From contig NC_057754.1 of the NCBI RefSeq assembly GCF_004010195.1, forward strand, positions 13,082,927-13,110,632: 27,706 bases of DNA, in the 5' to 3' direction. The translations under genes and the position numbers were made by a program. The notes under the pieces are model-generated. The model was not told the origin of the DNA, searched no databases, and saw only the letters and a list, made by a program, of their open reading frames with translations. Every line of letters starts with the position of its first letter. The stretch's first letter is position 1. Below are positions 21,260 to 27,706 of the stretch, one piece after another. The DNA is from Chiloscyllium plagiosum. Taxonomy: Eukaryota.

Positions 21260-23345
21260 AAGGCTTAGGCTGGCACAGAATTTCAAGAGAGTCATTTGAA
21301 TAGACAAGGCAGGCAAGAGCACAGCAGGCAATGAGAGAAACCTGATCAATTAAACTACTTTATTCCAATGTAAAATTCCTAACAGTGCATGGACAGGAAC
21401 GTGGGACTGCGATACCGTAAATATAACAGAAGCACAGCTGAGGAAGGGGCACGACTGGCAGCTCAATGCTCCAGGGAACAGATTCTACAGGGTGGAGAGA
21501 ACAGGAGGTGAGAGAGGAGGGGGAGTGGAGGTTTTGAACAGTGAAACATCACTGCAGCACTTAGAGAGGATATTCCTGGGGAACGACCATTGAAGCTATA
21601 ATAGTGCAACTGAGAAATGAGAATGGGCCATCAGTTTGATACGACTGTACTACAGGCTCCAAACGTCAATGAAAATTGAGCAGCTAATATGTCGGGAGAT
21701 CTCAGATATCTGTAAGAAGGATAAGGTTGTAATGGTCGGGGATTTTAACTTTCCAAACCTAGACTGGGACTGCCAGAGTGTTCAGAGCTTGGTTGGGGGG
21801 GATTTGTTAAGCGTGTCCAAGAAAACTACCTCAGTCAGAATGTAAATGGCCGGACTGCAGTAAGGGATAAAACCTGACCTCCCCTTAGGAAACAAGGTAG
21901 GGAAAGGGACTGAGGTGTGAGTGGTGGAACCCTTTGGCAAAGTCACTTCAATTCAAAATAGTTTGAAAACAAATATGGAAAATAACAGTTCTGGCCCACA
22001 AGTTAAAACAGAAGGTATTAGCCAAGAGATTTTTGAGATTGCCTTCAGTAAGGAAACAGGCCCTTCGGCCAAACAAGTCCACAACAACCCTCCGAAAGAG
22101 GAACCCACCCAGACCCATTTCCCGCTGATTAATGCACCTAACAATCTGGGCAATTTAGCACGGCCACTCACCTGACCTGCACACCTATGGATTGTGGGAG
22201 GAAACTGAAGCACCCAGCGAAAACCCATGCAAACACGTGGAGAATATGCAAACTCCACACAGATAATCCCACGAGGCTGGAATCGAACCCAGGTCCCTAG
22301 CGCTGTGAGCTAACTAAACCCCCGTGCTGCCCTAATGTTTACAATTGATTGTGGAAGCTATTTGCAGGCAAAGTGACGTCAGGCAGGCAGGAAGCTTTCA
22401 ATAGGGAGTTAAAATGAGAGATCAGGGCCAGCATATTCCTGTTAGTGTGCAGGACAATGCTGACACAAGTTGGAAACACTGAATGACTGGGGAGACTGAG
22501 GCTCTGGTCAACAAAAAGCGAACACGTGTCACATATAGCCAGCTGGATCGAGGGAATCTCTTGAAAAACATTGCGGGTGCAGGAATACACTTCAGAGGGA
22601 AATCAGTAGGGTTCAAAGGGGACCACAGAAAGATTTGGCAGATCAGGATGAGGAAACTCCAAAGAGTTTCTACAAGTATATTAACAACAGAAGATTAACT
22701 AGGGGCAGAATATGGCTCCTTAAAGATCAATGTAGTCATCCAAGTGTGCAACCAAAGGAGATGAGTGCGATCCTAAATGAAAATTTCACATTTGAACTTA
22801 CTGTGTAGAAAGACTGGGGATGTCAGGGAAATAAACAGTGATGTCTTCAAAAGATTCCACATTACAGAACAGGATGTTCTGGAGGATTTAAAATGCATAT
22901 AAGGTAGACAAATCCCTGGGAACTAATCAAGTATATCCTTGGATATTGTGGGAAGCTCAGGAAAAAATTATAGGGTCCCTTTCGGAGATTTGTCTGTCAC
23001 TGATAGCCAGAGCTGATGAGCTGGAAGCCTGGAAGGTGGCAAATGTTGTGCGAATATTTAGGAAAGGCTGTGAGGGAAAGCTAGGGACATATGCACCAAT
23101 TAGCTTGATGTCAGTGGTGCATACGTTGTTGGAAGCGATTCTGCTGGACAGGAGTTACATGCATTTGCAAAGGCAATGATTGATTAGGGATAGTCAGCAC
23201 AGCTTTAGAGTGCTGCATAAAATTCTGATCATCCCGATTTAGGAAGCATTTCCTGAAACTGTAAATGGAGCAAAGATTGACGTAGATGTAACTGATACTC
23301 GAGGTTCTCACAGAAACGAAAAGGCTGGATGAGCTGGAAAGCAAC
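21260..23345 (+). mobile_element. Decayed CR1 ORF2 (endonuclease to RT start), interrupted by a SINE
   Basis: VVMVGDFNFPNLDW (ORF 21636..21845) and WKVANVVRIFRKGCEGKLGTYAPISLMSVV (ORF 22946..23179). Confidence 0.87.
22030..22333 (-). mobile_element. HE1/V-SINE-type tRNA-derived SINE
   Basis: Perfect B-box GGTTCGATTCC on the minus strand (22279-22289). V-SINE-like core GTGTGGAGTTTGCATATTCTCC..GTTTGCATGGGTTTTC. 3' tail GGCCGAAGGGCCTGTTTCC is shared with CR1 3' UTRs. Confidence 0.9.
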
Positions 23346-23770
23346 ATGGGTCGATGAGATAGCTTTGGCAGATAAGGTTAAGGAGAATGCAAATACTTTT
23401 CTACAGCACACACGTACAAAAGAGCAACTGGAGAGACACTAGGGCACCTCAAAGTTCAGTGAGGCCATCCAAGTGTAGAACCACAGGAGATGGGGGAGAC
23501 CCTAAATGAATATTTCATGTCAGAACATCCTGTGGACAAAGACTAGGAAACAAAGGGAAAGAAATGGCTTGTAAAGAGTCCCCATTACAGGAGAGGTGGT
23601 GCTGGAGGTCTTAGAACCCAAAGGTAGAGAAAGCCTTAGGTCCTGAACAACTGTATCTCAGAACATTGTGGTAAAGTAGTGGCAGTGACACGAGCAGATG
23701 ATTAAAACCATGAGGGGCACAGGTAAGGTGATTAGCCAACGTCTTTATTCCACGGTAGTGGACTACATAA
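23346..23770 (+). mobile_element. Short decayed CR1 ORF2 fragments
   Basis: ALADKVKENANTF and EPQEMGETLNEYF linker motifs, then an ATGAGGGGCACAGGTAAGGTG RT-end piece. Confidence 0.75.
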
Positions 23771-23774
23771 CTAG

Positions 23775-25393
23775 ATTGGATTGAAGTGCAGAAAGAGGAG
23801 ATGTTATCAATTCTGCAAAGTCTAAAAATAGATAAGTCCCCTGGGCCGGATGGGATTTATCCTCGGATTCTCTGGGAAGCCAGGAGGAGATTGCCAAGCC
23901 TTTGGCTTTGATCTTTATGTCGTCATTGTTTACAGGAATAATGCCAGAAGGCTGGAGGATAGCAAATGTTGTCCCCTTAGATTAGATTAGATTACTTACA
24001 GTTCCGCCCAACAAGTCCACACCGATCTTCTGATGAGCAACACACCCAGACCCATTCCCTTACATGTACCCCGTCACGTGACACTACGGGCAATTTAGCA
24101 TGGCCAATTCACCTAACCTGCACATTTTGGATTTTGGAGTAAAACCGGAGCAAACCCATGCAGAATGTGGAAACTCCCCACAGTCAATTGCTTGAGGCAG
24201 GAATGGAACAGGGTCGCTGACGCTGTGTGCCAGCAGTGCTGAACACTGTGCCACCTCAAGAAGAGGAGTGGAGACAATCCTGGTAGTTATAGACCTGTGA
24301 GCCTTACTTTGATTCTAGGTAAAGCTTGTAAGGGATAGGATTTATAACCAAATGGAGATGAATAAGTTGATTAGGGATAGTCAACACGATTTTGTGAAGG
24401 GTAGGTCGTGCCTCACAAACTTTATTGAGTTCTTTAAGAAGGTGAACAAAGAGATGGATAAGGGTATAAAACAGTTGATGTGGTGTAAATCTATTTCAGT
24501 AAGGCGTTGATAAGGTTCCTCATGGTAGGCTGTTGCCGATAATACAGAGGCATGGGATTGTAGGTGATTTAGCAGTTTGGATCAGAAGTTGGCTCACTGA
24601 AAGAAGACAGAGTGTAGTTGTTGATGGGAAATATTGATCCTAGAGTTCAGTTACTACTGGGTACTGCCAGGATGTGTTTTGGGTCCACTGTTGCTTGTCA
24701 TTTATATAAATGACCTGGATGAGGGCATTGAAGGATGGGTTAGTAAATTTGCAGAAGACACTAAGGTCGGTAGAGTTATGGATAATGACGAAGGATGTTG
24801 TAGGTTACAGAAAGGTATAGATAAGCTGCACAGCTGGACTGAAAGTTCACAAATGGAGTTTAATGTGGAAAGATGTGAGGCGATTCACTCTGGAAGTAAT
24901 AACAGGAACACAGAGAACTGGGAGAATGGTAAGATTGTTGTCAGTGTAGATATACAAAGAGATCTCGATGTCCATGTACATAGATCCTTGAAAGTTACCA
25001 CCCAGGTTTATGGGTTTTTAAAGAAGCCATTCAGTATGTGAGCTTGTATTGGTAGAGGGATTGTGTTTCGGAACCATTAGATCATGCTGCAGCTGTAAAG
25101 GCCCGAATTCAGGCACCATGCAACGGGACCTCACAGCTGCCTGTGGCACTGAGTGAGACACTGGCCTGCTCCTGAATCTGTCCAGAGAGTTTCCAACCTG
25201 TGTCAGGGCAATCATTCAAACATTCCCTCAAACATTCCTCCCAACTTTAAGTACATTTAAGTCATCATTGGACACGCATATGGACGTACATGGAATAGTG
25301 TAGGTTAGATGGGCTTCAGATTGATACGACAGGTCAGCGCAACATTGAGGGCCGAAGGGCCTGTACTGCGCTGTAATGTTCTATGTTCTATGT
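23775..25393 (+). mobile_element. CR1 RT region to 3' tail, interrupted by a SINE and a foreign ~125-bp segment
   Basis: KIDKSPGPDGIYPRILWE, NVVPL|KKRSGDNPGSYRPVSLT across the SINE, LGPLLLVIYINDLDEGIEGWVSKFAED, and tail ATGTTCTATGTTCTATG. Confidence 0.92.
23977..24255 (-). mobile_element. HE1/V-SINE-type SINE inserted into CR1 RT
   Basis: (TTAGA)3 tail, body GGGCAATTTAGCATGGCCAATTCACCTAACCTGCAC shared with 22030-22333, head GGTGGCACAGTGTTCAGCACTGCTG, decayed B-box. Confidence 0.9.
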
Positions 25394-25429
25394 ATATCAT
25401 TTGGATTCCACCTTGTGCAGGAGGAAAGT

Positions 25430-25830
25430 AGCCAACAGGCTATCACTGTTCTCAGTGCAGTTACAAACCTGTCTAAATTAGATACCAATGATTGACCAGG
25501 AACCAGGTCTTACAAATGCATCTTCAGTCGCAGCCTGGCCCAGAGAGCAGTTGTATGGACATGGACTGTCAGAATCACATGGTGCTGCTTATAGTGCTGA
25601 CATCTGGCATGTCTCCCATACTCCATACATCTGCTCCCTGGACCAGACACTGGGTGAAAATGTTTACAATTGACAGCCTTCTGCAGCATCTTGTGTCTCA
25701 CCGTGAACCCTCTGAAATTATATCCAATCAATGCACTTTAACATTCACCAGTATCAACATAAAATTGTACCTGTCTGTGGATGGTCAGATATTAATCCAT
25801 AGGTCACCCAACAGAATGTATCTGAAGAAA
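25430..25830 (+). mobile_element. Probable fossil Ty3/Gypsy integrase core
   Basis: ORF 25492..25896 (MDMDCQNHMVLLIV..TIDSLLQHLVSHREPSEIISNQCTLTFTS..KLYLSVDGQILIHRSP) parallels the rve pattern D.AGPF...M.LI.VD..TI..L...F..HG.P..IVSDNG..FTS..F..FL..NGI.H.RS.P. Catalytic Asp residues are decayed. Confidence 0.5.
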
Positions 25831-25969
25831 ACTGGAGCTAACAACAAGTCTAAAATCAGTTTAATAACTGAACTTGGTGGATTTTGTCTAGTCTAGGTCA
25901 CCACACATATAGTGCTGGCGATCAGGTGACTGTAGCCATGCACACCATAACTGGAAGACTTGGCCTAAC

Positions 25970-26045
25970 GCCCCTCCCCAGCTTCCTAACCTCACACGCC
26001 TCACTCCCTCACTCACTTCTCTCCCTCACACACCTCACACCATCA
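25970..26045. repeat. Low-complexity C/T/A-rich tract (CTCAC-like units)
   Basis: CCTCACACGCCTCACTCCCTCACTCACTTCTCTCCCTCACACACCTCACAC. Confidence 0.7.
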
Positions 26046-26051
26046 GAATTC

Positions 26052-26178
26052 GAGGAGAAAGTGAGGACTGCAGATGCTGGAGATCAGAGCTGAAAATGTG
26101 TTGCTGGAAAAGCGCAGCAGGTCAGGCAGCATCCAAGGAACAGGAGAATCGACGTTTCGGGCATAAGCCCTTCTTCAG
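26052..26178 (-). mobile_element. Terminal fragment of an abundant shark repeat, Penelope-like (pLTR)
   Basis: GAGAAAGTGAGGACTGCAGATGCTGGAGATCAGAG..CAGCAGGTCAGGCAGCATCC..GACGTTTCGGGCATAAGCCCTTCTTCAG, recognised from memory as a shark PLE-associated terminus. Carries a hammerhead core, as PLE termini are known to. Confidence 0.65.
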
Positions 26179-26180
26179 TC
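26145..26180 (-). ncRNA. Minimal hammerhead ribozyme core (helix I apparently lost)
   Basis: Minus strand CUGAAGA-A-GGGC UUAU GCCC-GAAA-C-GUC: both catalytic boxes, a 4-bp helix II, and palindromic ACGU in place of helix III. Confidence 0.65.
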
Positions 26181-26219
26181 ATTTCATCAGACATTCACCA
26201 ACTGATGAGAATCCACAAA

Positions 26220-26905
26220 CTTGGAACACAGAATAGTACAGCACAATGAGAGCCCTTCAGCCCTCAATGTTTTGCCGGCCTTTTATCCTACGCTAAGATC
26301 AGTCTAGCCTACAGAAACTTCAATGTGCTAGCTTCAATGCGCCTTTCCAAGAGTCTCCTTAAATATCTCTCATGTGTCTGTCTCTCCTATGGGCCAGCCA
26401 AGTCCATATACAAACAGCCAGATTTCCCTGCACCCATGATTCCTTCCCTTCTGAATTAGCCTACAATGGGGAACCTTATAAAACGCATTGTTAAAATTCT
26501 TCTTCACCACATCTACTGGTCTACTTTCATCAATGTGTTTTTCATATCTTTAAAGAATTCAATAAAGTTTGTGAGACATGACCTGCTCCTCAAAAAGCCA
26601 TGCTGACTATCTCTAATAAAACTATCGTTTTCTAAGTAATTGGAAATCCAGTCTATCAGAATAATGTCCAATAATTTTCCCGCCACTGGTGTAAGACTGA
26701 CTGTTCTATTATTCCCAGGGTTATCCCTATTCCCTTCCCTGAAGAAGGGAATAACACTTGCCACCCTCTAATCATCTGGCACTATTCTAGTGGACACTGA
26801 AGGCATAAGGATCATCACCAAACCCACACTAATCTCTTCCATTATTTCCTGGAGTAACCTCGTATAGACACCATCTGGCCCAGGGGATTTTTCTATCCTT
26901 ATGTT
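26220..26905 (-). mobile_element. Antisense CR1: 3' UTR joined by deletion to RT N-terminal part
   Basis: AGTACAGCACAATGAGAGCCCTTCAGCCC 3' end, IEKSPGPDGVYTRLL, and VIPFFREGNRDNPGN..IRDSQHGFLRSRSCLTNFIEFF. Confidence 0.9.
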
Positions 26906-27169
26906 TGTACTTTCAATCAGTCTGTACTTCCCTTCAAATTGTCTACAACCTGCCAAACAACAGACTAACTGTTTTCCATTTCAGTGCTATATACAATGCT
27001 GCCTTCCTGAGCAAGTACAGTACCCAACATTCTGCAGATCACGGAATGATAAAACAGGAATGCACCAATTCCTTCCTGTTAAGGAGCTCATGCTCTTTAT
27101 AAAAAATAGTTAATGATTACAAATAGTGAATGATTGAAGAACTCTGAGGAACAGAGTATTCCAGGTGTT

Positions 27170-27560
27170 ATATTCCAACTTACGTTAATGCTGGGAGTAT
27201 TTTCAGACAGACTGAAGTGATAATGGCATGAGTTGGCGTGAGGATGCAGAATATTTTTGCCATCACAGAGATGAGTTTGAGAGAGGTCAGGGCTAACAAC
27301 TCAATATTCTGTTGTACATGAATTATAAACAGAACAGGAGAGGGTGTTAAAGAGGAGGTGGTGTTGCATTATTAATTAAGGAACAGTTACTGCAGTAAGG
27401 AGAGATGATATCTTGGATTTGTCTTCAAATGAGGCGTTTTGGGTCGAGGTTAGGATCCAAATGATGACAGACACACTGCTGGAGATATTTTATAGACCCC
27501 CAGAAAGAAGAAAATGCAGGAGCAGAGAAATAACCAATTCAAGGAAGTGTGTAAAAAGCA
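27170..27560 (+). mobile_element. Decayed CR1 endonuclease fragment
   Basis: TACGTTAATGCTGGGAGTATT (YVNAGSI), GCCATCACAGAG (AITE), GGAGGTGGTGTTGCATTATTAATTAAG (GGGVALLIK), TATAGACCCCC (YRPP). Confidence 0.85.
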
Positions 27561-27576
27561 AGAGAGTGAGGTTGAA

Positions 27577-27706
27577 GGAAAGCAAGGCCGAAGATGTTAC
27601 AGAGATAGGAAAGGTAGGCTGGAGATGTTACAGAGATTGGCAAGCAAGGCTGGAGATATTACAGAGAGAGGAAAGCAAGGCCGAAGATGTTACAGAGATA
27701 GGAAAG
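27577..27706. repeat. 31-bp tandem repeat, at least 4.2 copies, running off the window
   Basis: Units start at 27577, 27608, 27639, 27670 and 27701. Units 1 and 4 are identical (GGAAAGCAAGGCCGAAGATGTTACAGAGATA). Confidence 0.95.

Noticed and set aside
22279..22333. Pol III A/B boxes as a tRNA gene
   Set aside because: They are the head of a SINE with a V-SINE-like body and LINE-derived tail; no cloverleaf.
26184..26208. Extra CTGATGA motifs on both strands next to the hammerhead (TCATCAG..CTGATGA inverted pair)
   Set aside because: Neither is followed by its own helix II and GAAA; a 7-bp inverted repeat can arise by chance.
27577..27706. 31-bp repeats as a CRISPR array
   Set aside because: Units are head-to-tail with no unique spacers, there are no cas genes, and the context is vertebrate.

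Overview
Eukaryotic, non-bacterial DNA. The repeat content (CR1-clade LINEs with SGNH-esterase ORF1, HE1/V-SINE-type SINEs, a Penelope-type terminus) points to a cartilaginous fish, probably a shark; this is inferred from recognising the repeats. Roughly 85-90% of the window (by eye) is nested, decayed retroelement sequence, and there is a 500-N gap. No intact gene, rRNA, tRNA gene or CRISPR array is supported. Beneath the repeats is an old ~11.8-12.3 kb-offset segmental duplication (~2.1-9.6 kb vs ~13.4-21.6 kb). Each copy carries a non-TE island of two tandem minus-strand modules (branch point, pyrimidine tract, AG, short exon). Copy B ends in a strong GTAAGA donor, and a 73-bp block is 96% identical between copies. 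This suggests exons or remnants of an unidentified tandem gene family. Other points of note: a minimal hammerhead-ribozyme core in the Penelope-type terminus (minus strand, ~26145-26180), a templated inverted insertion scar (18660-18729), an empty/filled-site pair for a 3.4-kb CR1, and RTE and Gypsy-integrase fossils. Boundaries of old elements are approximate.
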